DNA from: Eledone cirrhosa | Lineage: Eukaryota | Length of the DNA stretch: 64,000 nucleotides | Direction of reading: 5' to 3' | Assembly: GCA_964016885.1 (NCBI GenBank) | Contig: OZ024741.1 | Coordinates: 133,610,001 to 133,674,000, forward strand | Shown here: in pieces, positions 10,201 to 22,745 of the stretch | Numbering within the stretch: position 1 is the stretch's first letter | Layout of the letters: each line of letters begins with the position of its first letter | Program-made: the position numbers and the translations under genes | Notes under the pieces: generated by a model | Told to the model about the DNA's origin: nothing | The model's database searches: none | The model's input: only the letters and a program-made list of their open reading frames with translations

Positions 10201-12492
10201 CTACAGACTGATATAGAGAGAAGGCCCATTCACTCGGGCCATTCTCGCTACTTTCACCCATCTTTCATAAAACTTGCTGGGGTAGAGCACCTCTCTCTCC
10301 ATTCTGATCCTTTTTCTAAAGTGGTACTTGAAAAAAAAGACCAGTTGTTGGCCGGAGAGATAGGTGTCTGACCTCAGCCCTTTCAACCTTGTCCACCATA
10401 CAACTTCTTTCGCCATGGCTATCACACAGAGGAAAACTGCCTCTCCTTCGTTTTTGAAAGGGAGAGGCGGTTTGATTGTGACAATGTTCTCGGTGGTCAA
10501 CCGGATTGGTCCCACCCGCGACAGTAGTCGTTCTACATAGTCCCACAGGTCAGCAACGCCCGGGCAGTGTACGAATGCGTGTGCGACGGTTTCCTCGTCA
10601 CGCACGCATCTTGGACAGATCTTCTTCGAGGGGTCCCTACCCGGGCGCCCGTGTCTGTAGAGCTTGTCCCGAACGGGTAGAGCTCCTCGGTAACATTGCC
10701 AAGCCAGGGACTTTTGGAAGTTGTCCATCGGTCCCGGGCCAAACGTCCTACCGAACAGACTGGCCAGCTCGTCCTCCTCCATGCCCAGAGCCTCTCCGAG
10801 AGCGTCGTCGCACTTACTGCGCACCAACCCTCTATAGAATGTTGAGGTTGAGTCTCCACTGATTGCCGGATCCGCTTGCCAGAGGGCCGTGAGCGCCTGG
10901 GCACATTCAATGTGCCAGTCGCCCACTTTTCTCGGTCTTTGCTTGACCCAGGATTGCAGCTCGGTGAGTGAGACGAGTCTCGGAAAGGCTCGCCTCACAA
11001 ACAGGGCCCACACCGGTTGACCGGTGAGGAATACCTGGAGGTGCCGTAGCCTTAATGCGTGTCTACGCATCGTCAGCCACGGCATCCCCAGCCCTCCGTT
11101 CGAAGGGCGTTGACAGCAGATGGATCTTCTCACCAAAGGAGCCCGCTTCTTCCAAAGAAATCGGAAGAGCGCGCGCTCCATTTTGGCGAGTGTTTTCTCT
11201 GGGCAAGGCACGACGGTCAAGCGGTAGTAGATGACGGACGCTATATAAGCGTTCGCCACCTCCGTTCGACCTTTCAGGGATAGTTTGCACTCGGCCCATT
11301 TCTGGGCGAGTGCAAACACCTTGCCCGTTACCTCGTCCCAGTTTTTCTCCACCTGGAGGTCCGGTTCGAACCAGACCCCGAGCAGCTTCACCGGTCCCTC
11401 CGTCCAGCGTCCGACGATGCCGTCGGAGGGCATCGTTTTGCCCCTCCACGTCCCGAGTTGCAAACCGACGGACTTGTCCCGGTTCAGCTTGGCTCCTGTG
11501 AACCTTTCATATTCCTCCAGTAAGGTGCCGATCTGCCCGATTTCTGAGGCGCACGACACTATTACTGTCACGTCATCGGCGTAGGCCGACACCGCTTTCC
11601 GCAATCCCGGTTCCAAGGGGATGCCCTGCAACAGCTCCAGCTTCCTCAGTAGTGGCTCGAGAGCCAGCACATACAGGAGGGAGGAGAGAGGGCATCCCTG
11701 TCGAATGGATCGCGTGATTTGGAACGGCTCCGAGAGGTAGCCGTTCACCTTGACCCTCGAGCAGGTGTTGCTGCTGTGCATTGCAGCAATCCAGCCCCTG
11801 AAAACGGGTTCGAAGCCTGCCGCCGCGAGCACCGCATCCAGGTACCGATGGTCAACCCTATCGAACGCTTTAGATTGATCCAAGTTGATCAGGGCCCCAC
11901 CAAAGCCGGGTTCGTTCCCTACCCTCTCTACGATGTATCGCATGAGGTGGAGGTTGTCGTGTATGGACCTGGACGGGATTGCGCATGTCTGCGCTTTTCC
12001 CACCAGGTTCCCGATGACAAGCGCCAACCTCTTCGCTAACACCTTGGCCAAAATCTTTAACTCTGTGTTTAGCAGAGTTATGGGCCTGAAGTTATCTATG
12101 TCATCCCCCTTGTTCTCGTCCTTCCTCACCAGCGTGACTACGCCCTTGGTCACAGAACTGGGAATTCTCCCGTTCTGTTGCCAGTTGCAGTAGACCGCCT
12201 CGAGGAAACCGGAGAACAAGCCCGGCATCGCTACATAAAGTTCGTATGGTAGACCATCGAGACCCGGAGATTTGCGTTTGCCGCATTGGCTCAGCGCTTC
12301 CCCTATTTCAGCGGCTGAAATCGGCCTCTCGCAGGACTTCGCCTCCCCGTCCGAGAGCCGCGCCAGACCGTCGAGGTATGGACCGAAATCCATGGCCCAG
12401 CCGTCCTCTCTCCGCTGGTTCGTCCACCACTGTAAGCAGTCTTTTCTCTCGCTCACACGGCTACAGTGAAGACGTGTTTTTTCTCTCGTCAA
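10201..12492 (-). CDS. Tx1/L1-clade LINE ORF2 (RT plus C-terminal zinc knuckle), 5'-truncated
   Basis: Motifs KSPGLDG, FRPITLLN, LDQSKAFDRVDH, IRQGCPLS, YADD and CPRC..ET..H.F..C. No APE domain. The first ~30 aa come from flanking sequence. 3' UTR with AATAAA runs to ~9960. Confidence 0.93.
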   Translation of the reverse strand: MTREKTRLHCSRVSERKDCLQWWTNQRREDGWAMDFGPYLDGLARLSDGEAKSCERPISAAEIGEALSQCGKRKSPGLDGLPYELYVAMPGLFSGFLEAVYCNWQQNGRIPSSVTKGVVTLVRKDENKGDDIDNFRPITLLNTELKILAKVLAKRLALVIGNLVGKAQTCAIPSRSIHDNLHLMRYIVERVGNEPGFGGALINLDQSKAFDRVDHRYLDAVLAAAGFEPVFRGWIAAMHSSNTCSRVKVNGYLSEPFQITRSIRQGCPLSSLLYVLALEPLLRKLELLQGIPLEPGLRKAVSAYADDVTVIVSCASEIGQIGTLLEEYERFTGAKLNRDKSVGLQLGTWRGKTMPSDGIVGRWTEGPVKLLGVWFEPDLQVEKNWDEVTGKVFALAQKWAECKLSLKGRTEVANAYIASVIYYRLTVVPCPEKTLAKMERALFRFLWKKRAPLVRRSICCQRPSNGGLGMPWLTMRRHALRLRHLQVFLTGQPVWALFVRRAFPRLVSLTELQSWVKQRPRKVGDWHIECAQALTALWQADPAISGDSTSTFYRGLVRSKCDDALGEALGMEEDELASLFGRTFGPGPMDNFQKSLAWQCYRGALPVRDKLYRHGRPGRDPSKKICPRCVRDEETVAHAFVHCPGVADLWDYVERLLSRVGPIRLTTENIVTIKPPLPFKNEGEAVFLCVIAMAKEVVWWTRLKGLRSDTYLSGQQLVFFFKYHFRKRIRMEREVLYPSKFYERWVKVARMARVNGPSLYISL

Positions 12493-12515
12493 ACTCGCGA
12501 GATCTTATGTTCGAA

Positions 12516-12535
12516 ATGTATACAGACGTACAGTA

Positions 12536-12592
<57 letters not shown>

Positions 12593-13065
12593 CATGCACA
12601 CATACATATATGTATGTACGTATACATACTTATATTTAAGTAACAGCCGTACTAAGAGTGAGAAATGAAATTTCGTTTCATTTTTTCCGTTTATCGTTTT
12701 CGGTACCCCGGCCGATTAACTCACTCGATATGCAAATTAGGCTACTCAGCCGTTAATATGCATAAGGAAAGTATATACTTTCAGACGTTCAACCATCTGG
12801 CAGGAAGGTATACGTTGCTGACGATAGCTAATAAGCTTGAAACTAGTACGGCGTTCCTTTGTCAGTGTTGAACAAATGAGCAACGATGGTTGCTAGACAC
12901 TGTACGGCTTAATACGGGATGTTTGTTTACAAACACACCGAGCATTATAATAAATGTTCGGTGAATCCATACGTACATATATATATGTGTGCATGTATGT
13001 ATATATATATATACATACTACTGTACGTCTGTATACATATATGTATGTACGTATACATACTTATA
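12516..13065 (+). mobile_element. Retrozyme family A (~431-nt monomer plus terminal redundancy, preceded by an inverted fragment)
   Basis: tgtatgtacgtatacatactta at 12611 and 13042. 12516-12603 is the reverse complement of ~12985-13037. Contains a hammerhead. Confidence 0.8.
12805..12859 (+). ncRNA. Minimal type I hammerhead ribozyme (family A)
   Basis: Stem I aagg..acgttg / cggcgt.cctt; core CTGACGA; stem II agct-aata-agct; GAAA-CTAG-TA. Predicted cut after A12848. Confidence 0.85.
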
Positions 13066-13083
13066 TATATATATATATATATA

Positions 13084-13765
13084 CTCTTTAACTCTTTTAC
13101 CTGTTCCAGCCATCCGGCTGAGGCCATGCTGGGGCACCGCCCTTGTTGCTACACATTTTATCTCCAACCTGTATTGGTTGGCCACTGGTGCAAGAGGGAG
13201 TTCGTTGCTGCAGCCCTTAGGTTTCCTTCGTACCTTGCTGTGGGCTCATCCGGGATCCTGGATAGCAAGGTGTCGAGATGTTTCTTGAGGACATCCACCT
13301 CCACACCATGCAGATCCCTTAGATCCCTCGGCAGCTTGTTGAAGAGTTGAGGGCCCACGAACCCCCGGCTATTGCAATATCTGCTCCTTATTCTAAATGT
13401 GGAAGACGGAACCTTTGGTACCACACAGTGACGTCCTGTTCGACGGTTGGTCCAGCTCCCAATGCCAAAGTTTGGTGCTAGTCCCTCCAGGATTTTCCGC
13501 ATGTAGATCACTGCGTATCTCTCCCGTCTTCGTTCCAAGGAGTAAAGGTTCAGTTCTGTTAGCCTCTCCCAGTAGCTTATCTCCTTCATCGCCGCAATCC
13601 TCTTGGTGTAGCTTCGCTTGATTGCCTCAAGCTCCGTTGTTAATTTGACACTATGGGGTGACCACAACTGGGAGCAATAGTCCAGGCGGCTTAGGACAAA
13701 TGTCCTCCATAGTGTCAACATGGTGTCTCGATCTCTTGTCCGGAAAGTCCCCAAGATCATGTTTA
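13084..13765 (-). mobile_element. CR1-clade LINE 3' fragment
   Basis: ORF has SRLDYCSQLWSP, SYWERL..LNLYSLERRRERY and GPQLFNKLP. A short 3' UTR runs into (TA)n. Confidence 0.85.
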
Positions 13766-13774
13766 TCATTGATT

Positions 13775-16400
13775 GACCAACGGTAAAAAATACAGATATA
13801 AATACATATATATAGTCTAACAAAGTTCTTTCGTTGCACATCTGCAACATCATCAGTGGTACTATTATGTTTCCTCCTGTTGTATTGTATGTCTACGCCA
13901 TTTTTATTTTATCTGTTTATTTATTTATTTTTGTCTTCTTCTCTGCGCATGCGTTTGCGTGTGTGTATCGTGTTTGGTGTGTGTATTCGAGATTGGGTGA
14001 CTGTGTTTTGGTTATTGTATTCTATCTAGTTTATTAGTATATATGTTTGTTGTTATTGTGCTTGTGTATATATTTATTTATTTATTTATTTATTTATTTA
14101 TATTTCTCTTAAGTCAGTATTGTTTGTTTGGGTGTTGTTATTCCATTCATTTTTCTGTTTAGCTTTGGCTTTCTGAGCTCTATTTCAGTTGCCTATCTGA
14201 TTTGCTTAACTGCTGGGTCATTTCTATGTTTAGATATTATTTTAATATCTATGTTGTTTATGTTACCGTCATGTTGTTGTCTGGCGTGTTCGTATAGTAC
14301 TGAACCGTTTTTTGTCCTTTTAATTTCCCCCAGTGTTGGTCTATTCTTTCTTCTATGCTTCGAGCTGTCTCGCCTATGTATGTTGTCATGTTTCTGCAAG
14401 TACCCTCTGTACATCTTATGCTATAGACTACATTTCTAGTTTTACAGTTTATCTGGGGGTTTACTTTACATATAACACATTTCTTACTAGTACAGTGGGT
14501 TTTCTTAGAAGGGTATGTTTTGCTGATCAGGGATTTTATTGTAGTTCCTGGCTTTTCTACCACTTTAATCTTTAAGTGGGTCTTTCTCAGGGCCTTTCTA
14601 CATTGGTTAGCTAATTTCCCTCCAGGAGAAGTGTCTACGAACATGACACTCTGGCATCTCTGGTTGTCGTACTATGAGGTGGCTTTCCCTATCTTATATT
14701 TAGTCCTCTCTAAGCTATTCCATGATTTGCTCCTGTATAATGGGAAAATTCCTTTAATGTCCAGTTCTATGAGGGTCTTATACTTCTATGTGGCTCCTGT
14801 GTATACTTTGATTCTGTCTCTTTGGTTGTAGCCAGAGAACTGTATGCGGTTGATGAAGTGTTGGATGTGTCTTTCCATTTCTGTTGGGTCGCACATGCGG
14901 GACAGGTTCTTCATCACTCGTACCAAGTCTACGATCAGAAAATTAAACTTAGCACTATTGGACATTGCTGAGTTTTTGAGTATCAGGTATTTGGAGGCCA
15001 TGAGTTTAGCGTAGTGTGAGTGAAGAATTTGGGCCCTCTCGTCTATAGTGTTAATCCAGATTTCCGTGTCTAATACAGGTAGTCTATTGTTAGGGTGTTT
15101 GGAAGGGTAGTCAATAGTTACAGTTATACTCTGGTGTATGGAATTAGCTATCTGCTGGATGCTTTCCATTGTGCTATATTCTAAATCATATTCGTTAGTG
15201 CTCTCTTGTGGGGGGTGTCCTTATTACTATATTAATATCGACTACGCAACGAGAGTACACGATGAGGTCTATGGAGCTCTCTTCAAGGAGATCTTTGAGT
15301 CTCCTTTCCCATCATACCATAAAAAGGTTGGCAACATCACCAGCTATGCTGACGCCAATGGCTGCTCCCTCATTTTGGGTGCAGATCTTTTCGTTGAATT
15401 TGAATATATGGCCCTTTAGGGTAGTTTTAATACTAGCTCCTATTGCATGCGCGACCATTTTTCTTACCCGATCATTGTTTTGGGTGTCCGTATGGCTTTG
15501 GTCCACCAAATCCACCTTCCCATGGGAGTCTTCTTTGCCATTGAGGTTATTGTGGGGGGTCTACCTCTTATGGGTCTACTAGGGCAGAAACGGCTAAGGT
15601 CATGGCTGTCTAGGTACTCGGTGTCATAGGTAAGTAGGAGGCTCAGTTCATCTGTGTTGACGTCGCAGAACTCCACCTCACTCTCACTGATTATCTCCAC
15701 ACATTTTCCCACAGCAAAATCAATGTTAATGGATGGGTATAGTGATACCATGTCCATACTACCTATTATGCAGTTAGATAGGTTTTTGTTTTTGTTGCAC
15801 TCATTGATTCTGCTGAGGAGGTCCTCTGTACTGTCACATACATCTGGGAACATCTTGATTATGGGGTGTATAACCATTGAGAGGAAGTAGGAGAATCTGC
15901 AGTTGCTAGCGATATTGGCTCCGCATACAAGTTGTTGGTGGTCCTGTTGACGAGTCGTCGACTATCTTATGGTCTTTGCGGAGCCCATACAAGGGTGGTA
16001 TGTCATTGTTAGACGCCTGGAAGTTGTTGGCAGTGCGTCTGCTTGGATTTAGGATGTCGGTCCACATCATCATGTGAGCGTTGAGGATCTTCTCTCCCCT
16101 CATGTGTTTGTTGTGTAATCGCCCGTGTTGCTGATGTGGGGTTGCATAGCCTTGATGTAGTTCGGCATGCTATTTATCGACATCCTACCAGATTTATCTG
16201 TGGGTAGACACACTACCTCACCATCCCTTGTGCGTTGCTTGAGGCTAACTAAGCCTTCTACAGGTTTCATTCCAAGTTGTTGGACCTCTGGTCTGCTTTG
16301 TCTTTTAGTATATCGGTCTACTTTTTGTCTAATTTTATTTCTAGCTATGGTGAACTGTGCCTCTGTCTCGTCATCTATTTGTTGTGGTATACAAACCTTT
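13775..16400 (-). pseudogene. Decayed Penelope-like retroelement (RT plus GIY-YIG)
   Basis: ORF fragments GSMDMVSLYPSI, QNEGAAIGVSIAGDVANLFM, YSRCVVDI (degenerate YVDD), LPVLDTEI, and VVYSIRC...YIGET. Many frameshifts. Confidence 0.9.
13812..13865 (-). ncRNA. Hammerhead ribozyme in the Penelope 3' pLTR
   Basis: atagtacca-CTGATGA-t-gttgca gatg tgcaac-GAAA-gaac-TT-tgttagactat. Confidence 0.7.
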
Positions 16401-16794
16401 TATTAAAAGGTAACTTAGTAGGTTAAATCTTACTCATCTTATAAGATTTATCAGCTGGGTTGAAGAATAATTTCTCTTATGGGTTATCATTATATCTATC
16501 GTCATAGTTGTGTGTGTTGCTATTATTGTTATTATGGTTGTTGTTGTTCCCACCATTAACATTATTATTATTGTTATGATTGTTAGATGCATTGTTGTTG
16601 TTTTTTCTATTGTTATTGTTGCTGTTACTGTTATTGCTACCATTCTGGTTGTTACTTTTATTAATGGTAAATATTGAGGACCGAATAAATTAACTGATAT
16701 AAAAGATACAGAAGCGAAAACCAACCAAACAGTGAGTGTGTTCTGTTATTAATTCTGGCAATATTATTACAACAATATGACCCTCCCCAAGTAT

Positions 16795-16837
<43 letters not shown>

Positions 16838-16851
16838 TAGATATATATAAA

Positions 16852-16940
<89 letters not shown>

Positions 16941-16942
<2 letters not shown>

Positions 16943-18706
16943 CGAAGGAAATGTGGTAAGGAACCAGGTGGACCATAACGCACCAAAGTACTCAATACTT
17001 AGGGTAGTAGAGTGGGTAATAGGAACAAGTAAGACCCCGACGGCTGAGCTCAAGCCGTTTCGACGGCTAATTCTGTACTGAATGAAAATTTATTCTGGTA
17101 TTTAAATAGCCGAGCTTATCAAGGGGTAATTCCATATATGGTCAAAGAGATAATCACCAGGATTGGTCACATCACAAGTTAGTAGTAAATCTGTGATGGC
17201 AAATTGGTGGGGGAAGGGGTAGCTAAACCTGCCGGTAGGAGAAAAAGGGAGGGGGTGGAGTAGACCCATTCATGCGTTGGTAGTGCCAGCTACAGCTGGG
17301 CGTGAGGTCAAAGAGGATACTGGGGAGGGGGAGGGGGAGGAGGTCGAAACGGTAAGTAGAACAATGAAGGGTAAAACTATAAAAGGTACTGAGAGAGAAA
17401 AAAAAATATAAGCAAAGTCTGGTTACTAAGACTTAAGTCTCTTGCTATTGCTAGGTTAAAGAAATACATAAATAAATAAATAAACAAATAAGTGAATAAA
17501 AGAATAGATAAATAAATTAAAAAAAAAAAAATATATATATATATATATGTAATGAAGAATAAAAAAATAAATAGTAATAATAAAAATAAACTAGGTGGGA
17601 CGGAAATAAAGGGACCCTTATACGAGGTATAAGTGCGTGTATCGTACGGTGACGGGTCAACAAAGGGGGAGCAAAAATACTAAAGAGACTACCACGAAAT
17701 AATAAAGGTTTCTACCCCAATCACAGGGCCAGCAACCACCCAGTGCAAGAAAGTAAACTAGTACGAGAATATAATTCAGGGTCCCGCAAAAAAATACTAG
17801 TGCTAACTCTAAGGGTACCGCCACGAAACAAAAAGTCTTATACAAGCTACATGAAAGATCGTACGAAGTAAAAGTAAAGAACGGAAAATTAATACAGGAA
17901 CACCCCCCCCCCCCCCCCAAAAAAAAGGGAAAAAGAAGAAAGAAATACTGGATAAACGAGAAATTAAAGCAAAGATGCCACTAAGAAATATAGAAGGCAC
18001 GGAAAAAAGGGACAGCGGTCGGAGAAGGGGGCGAGTATCCGAAGTCTAACACCTCTGCTATAAAAAGCGGAGTCAGCCAAATCTATCATAGAATAGGGGA
18101 GGGGGTGGGGTGCTGAAGCTACAAGGGACCGATGGGCTACCTCGGGTGGGCGAGAAAAAGACGACGACAAAGAAAAGGAACTGGGGTAGAAGGACTAGGG
18201 AGGGATGGGGGGAAGGAGGAAATATAGAGGAAGCGATAAAAGAATGTAAAAGAAGATCTTACGTCTCCATTGGCAAGCAGGGGTTACCCATTACAATATA
18301 GGCAAGTGGGGTGTTATAGCCCTAGTCTACCCCCCCCCCCCGGGTCATTATGGGGTTTGAGGGCGAGGTAAGTCCTACGTAATCGGTGTTTACATGCAGT
18401 AACCAGTTCATCTTTCTTGTTTAGGAGTTGGTCCGTCGAAAACAGCATTTGTAATGTTTCCTCCGAGCATAAATTGCACGGACGGCGTCCTCCCGTGTAA
18501 GAGTTGGCTCTGGACAGTAATTTCCAAGTGAGATCATAGTTGATGTTGTTGTCCTTGAGGTCCCATATGTGGCCCGAAAGTGTAGTGGCGTGACGCCGGG
18601 CCGGGTTTCGGAAGGTATGTCTGTGTTGGTATAGCCGGGTCTTGAAGTCGCATGCGGTTAATCCTATATAAGCTTTGTTGGAGGTGTCCGTGCTCACGAT
18701 ATACAA
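16941..18706 (-). mobile_element. 5'-truncated Penelope-like element (probably Naiad/Neptune type): GIY-YIG C-terminus, long 3' UTR and pLTR
   Basis: ORF 18314-18706 has YIGLT...FKTR..QH...CNLC...LLNKKDEL..ACKH. The 3' end carries a hammerhead and abuts (TA)n. Confidence 0.85.
17034..17127 (-). ncRNA. Type I hammerhead with a U3-A8 core variant
   Basis: acccc-TTGATAA-g..cggcta(loop)tagccg.c-GAAA-cggc ttgagctca gccg-TC-ggggt. Confidence 0.75.
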
Positions 18707-19230
18707 ATTGGGCTACTCAGCCGTTAATATGCATAAGGTAAGTATATACGTTCAACAATCTTTCAGGAAGGTATACGTTGCTGACGATAGCTAATAAGCT
18801 TGAAACTAGTACAGCGTTCCCTTGTCAGTGTTGAACAAACGAGCAACGATGGTTTCTGGACACTACGGCTTAATACGGGATGTTTGTTTACAAACACACC
18901 GAGTATTATAATAAATGTTCGGTGAATCTGACGATAGCTAATAAGCTTGAAACTAGTACAGCGTTCCTTTGTCAGTGTTGAACAAACGAGCAACGATGGT
19001 TGCTGGATACTACGGCTTAATATGGGATGTTTGTTTACAAACACACCGAAAATTATAATAAATGTTCGGTGAATCTATACGTACATATATATATGTGTGC
19101 ATGTATGTATATATATTTACATACTACTGTACGTCTGTATACATATATGTATGTGCGTGTACATACTTATATTTAAGTAACAGCCGTACTAAGAGTGGGA
19201 AATGAAATTTCGTTTCATTTTTTCCGTTTA
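18698..19230 (+). mobile_element. Retrozyme family A copy with an internal 147-bp duplication; intact hammerhead at 18768-18822
   Basis: CTGACGA...GAAACTAGTA at 18781 and again at 18928. Confidence 0.8.
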
Positions 19231-19242
19231 TATATATATAAC

Positions 19243-20072
19243 TCATGAGTTAAGGCTCTATTGATTTTTCCCTGATTTTCACTAAATTCTGTTGGATAAA
19301 TCTTTATCCTAATTCTTTTTGAATTGAGTTTGAATTATTTTTCCGACATCTTACGTTAACTATTTTCCCATTTTGACGCTATAGTCACTTATATATTATG
19401 GAATATTGTTGGCTTCTTGCTACAATACTTTCTATACCTTTCATTTATATATTTATACTCGGATTTCTTTCCTAGAGTGCTTAAATTATTTGTGACTAAT
19501 CCCGGTATTTAAAAAAAACCCCACAAAAAACCGCGATAATATTGCTTATTGTAGAGTTTTTTCGGAATGTTTTTGACTGTTGTTTCATGCAAACAAACAT
19601 TCGTCTCATTCTGACGTCACCAGCCCTGTTTTTCCACATGTGCGTTTTATTTTCATAATCAAGCATAATGTTAAACTAGCCTGCTTTTAAATTCCCTTTT
19701 TGGCATATTAATCAGTGAGAATTTGGCTATCGTGTTGAGCTCTGCTGATGATCGTATTCCAACCGTGACCATCTCCACTGAAAGTTTTCGTGAAATAGTC
19801 TTTTTCAAGACTATACAGAGCATTTGTAGTTGTCCCAAATTGAAGGATGAGTATTTTAAACTTTATTTTATCATGAGTTAAGGCTCTATTGATTTTTCCC
19901 TGGATTTCACTAAATTCTGTTGGATAAATCTATATCCTGATTCTTTTTTAATTGAGTTTGAATTATTTTTCCGACATCTTACGTTAACTATTTCCCCATT
20001 TTGACGCTATAGTCACTTATATATTATGGAATACTGTTGGCTTCTTGCTACAATACTTTCTATACCTTTCAT
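19243..20072 (+). mobile_element. Retrozyme/pLTR family C (628-nt monomer, ~1.3 copies)
   Basis: The ~200-bp block starting tcatgagttaaggctc occurs at 19243 and 19871. One hammerhead per unit. Confidence 0.75.
19739..19821 (+). ncRNA. Type I hammerhead ribozyme (family C)
   Basis: gctctg-CTGATGA-tcg...cgt-GAAA-tagtctt tttc aagacta-TA-cagagc. Stem I is 6 bp, stem III is 7 bp, stem II is weak. Predicted cut after A19815. Confidence 0.75.
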
Positions 20073-20308
20073 GAGGTTAGCTGGACATGCTCACCGACAT
20101 CCAGAGTTGACATTGCACTCAGTGCTCCTTTGGGAGCCCCTACATGGACACACTAGAAGAGGAGGACCAAGGTTAACGTATGTTGATGCCCTAAGGACAG
20201 ACACTGGTCTGTTGGAGACGCAGGACATGGCAGCGATAATGAGGGACAGAGACCGCTGGAGAGAACTCGTCCATGGATCTCGGGAATTTTACCCGCCTTA
20301 GATAGATA
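20071..20308 (+). mobile_element. RTE-clade LINE 3' fragment
   Basis: RLAGH.HRH.....[17 protein letters not shown]...DRDRWR, followed by a (taga)n tail. Confidence 0.8.
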
Positions 20309-20322
20309 TATATAAATATATG

Positions 20323-20430
<108 letters not shown>

Positions 20431-20529
20431 CGTGTATTTATATATGAGTATGTGTATATATATACACGTATGTATATATGTATACTGCTCGATGTGCTGA
20501 ACGGCGTGCAAGAACCCATGACTAAGACT

Positions 20530-20624
<95 letters not shown>

Positions 20625-20751
20625 TAGTCTTAGTCATGGGTTCTTGCACGCCGTTCAGCACATCGAGCAGTATACATATATATACACATACGTGTATATA
20701 TATACATACACATATATAAATACACGTATGTATATATATATATATATATAT

Positions 20752-21075
20752 AAATGAAAGGTATAGAAAGTATTGTAGCAAGAAGCCAACAGTATTCCAT
20801 AATATATAAGTGACTATAGCGTCAAAATGGGAAAATAGTTAACATAAGATGTCGGAAAAATAATTCAAACTCAATTAAAAAAGAATCAGGATATAGATTT
20901 ATCCAACAGAATTTAGTGAAATCCAGGGAAAAATCAATAGAGCCTTAACTCATGATAAAATAAAGTTTAAAATACTCATCCTTCAATTTGGGACAACTAC
21001 AAATGCTCTGTATAGTCTTGAAAAAGACTATTTCACGAAAACTTTCAGTGGAGATGGTCACGGTTGGAATACGAT

Positions 21076-21080
<5 letters not shown>
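20752..21080 (-). mobile_element. Retrozyme family C inverted copy, truncated inside the core
   Basis: Reverse complement of 19746-20072. Starts at TGATGA next to (TA)n. Confidence 0.8.
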
Positions 21081-21114
<34 letters not shown>

Positions 21115-21180
21115 TAACAAAAGTAGCGAAGATCGTATATATACACGCATACGCTCACTCACACGCATACACACACACAT

Positions 21181-21211
<31 letters not shown>

Positions 21212-21329
21212 CATTATATACATTTCTCTCTTAATATCTTTCGATCTATCTAATTCAGCTATCTAGCCTCCTCTCTCTACACCTATCTAAATGAATAAAA
21301 AAAGCTAAAAATTAAAAACTTCTACTTAC

Positions 21330-21381
21330 GGATAAAAGAATCGGGTGTGACTTCAATAGCAGCACAGAGGACAGAATGCGT
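21330..21381 (-). CDS. PHM-like gene, exon THSVLCAAIEVTPDSFI
   Basis: Acceptor cttattttcag and donor gtaagt; 52 nt, phase 0->1. Aligns with PHM DTYFCMSMRL....AFV. Confidence 0.8.
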
Positions 21382-21429
21382 CTGAAAATAAGAAGGGAAC
21401 AGATAATTGCATTGAAATAGGAGAATATA

Positions 21430-22738
21430 CGAGGTGTGTCAGAAAATAAAATGGACTGGGCTCGCAAAAAATATTTCAAATCCAAACTACAAACTACAAG
21501 TTTTTCCCTTCAAAATAGTTCGCCTCGAGTCTAAAGCACTTTCCCATTCTTCTCCACCACGCCTCCATGCATTTTCAGAAGAATGCTCCTGGGATACTTC
21601 GCAGCTTTGTCGTGACGGCCTTCTTGATATCTTCCACGCCCGGAAAACAAGTGCTCTTGATGACTCTATTGAGCTTGGGGAAAAGGAAAAATAAATCACA
21701 CAAAGCAGCCAGGTCGGATGAGTAGGGAGGTTGCTCCAGCACGCCGATGTTCTTGACAAGGAATTGCCGGACGCTGAAAGGGTAGTGAGCCGGTGGGTTG
21801 TCGTGGTGAAGCAGCTACGAATTGTCATGCCACAATTCTCGCCTCCTCTTGCGCACTGAACGAAGTAAACGCCACAGGATCTCTTTGTAGACATGTTGGT
21901 TCTTGTCAAGCCCTGTGGCAAGAACTCTATGTGGATGATGCCTCTCACATCGAAGAACGCGATCAACATGTGTTTGACTTTAGAATTCAGCTGTCTTACT
22001 TTTTTCGGCCATGACGACTCCAGACTCATCCACTGAAGGCTCGGACGCTTGGTCTCCGCATCGTACCCGAAGATCCATGACTCATCACCAGTGATGGTTC
22101 TCTCCAGAAAGTCAGGTTCGGTTTCAAGACTCTCGAGGATGTCCTGGCACCTGCCTGTGCCGTGTTTTCTGGTCATCGTTCAGTAGCTTCAGCACAATCT
22201 TTGGGCAGAACCTTTGCATACCGAAATCTTCGGTGATAATCTTCCAAACGCTGTTGCAGTTCATGCCCAGCTTACTTGCGACCAGTCGAACAGTCAGCCG
22301 ACGATCGCCATGCACAACCTGACTCACGTGCTCAACGTTAGCCTTAGTCCAGCTCGTTGAAAGTCTTTCGCTCCTGAGGTCGTTTTCCACATTCTCGCGT
22401 CTCTCGAACCTTTTGTGCCACTCGAAAACCCAAGTGTGTGACATCGTCTCATCTTTGTACACTTACTGCAGTATTCCGAGTGCTTCTGACGGAGTTTTTT
22501 TCCAGCCGACCCAGAAACTTCAGGCTGGTTTGTCGCTCTGTGCCCATCGCTCTATGGCCTAAAATTGAGGAGCTGTTAACAAAATCACGTGAAAAAACAT
22601 ACAATGACTGCAGAGAGCTTGGATCGCAGTTATAGACTCCCTGGATACTACATAACACCGTGACGAAACCCGCTAATCCTTACCCCACAAATAGCTCACA
22701 CAGCACACTACGCTCTGTTACTTTTCTGTCACACCTCG
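21430..22738 (-). mobile_element. Full-length mariner (DD34D) transposon with a frameshifted transposase
   Basis: TA TSDs, TIR cgaggtgtgWcagaaaa, and the ITGDESW and MLIAFFDVRGI motifs. Confidence 0.92.
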
Positions 22739-22745
22739 TATATTA

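Noticed and set aside
13158-13853. 231-aa ORF as a single gene
   Set aside because: It is a chimera of Penelope pLTR sequence and a CR1 fragment.
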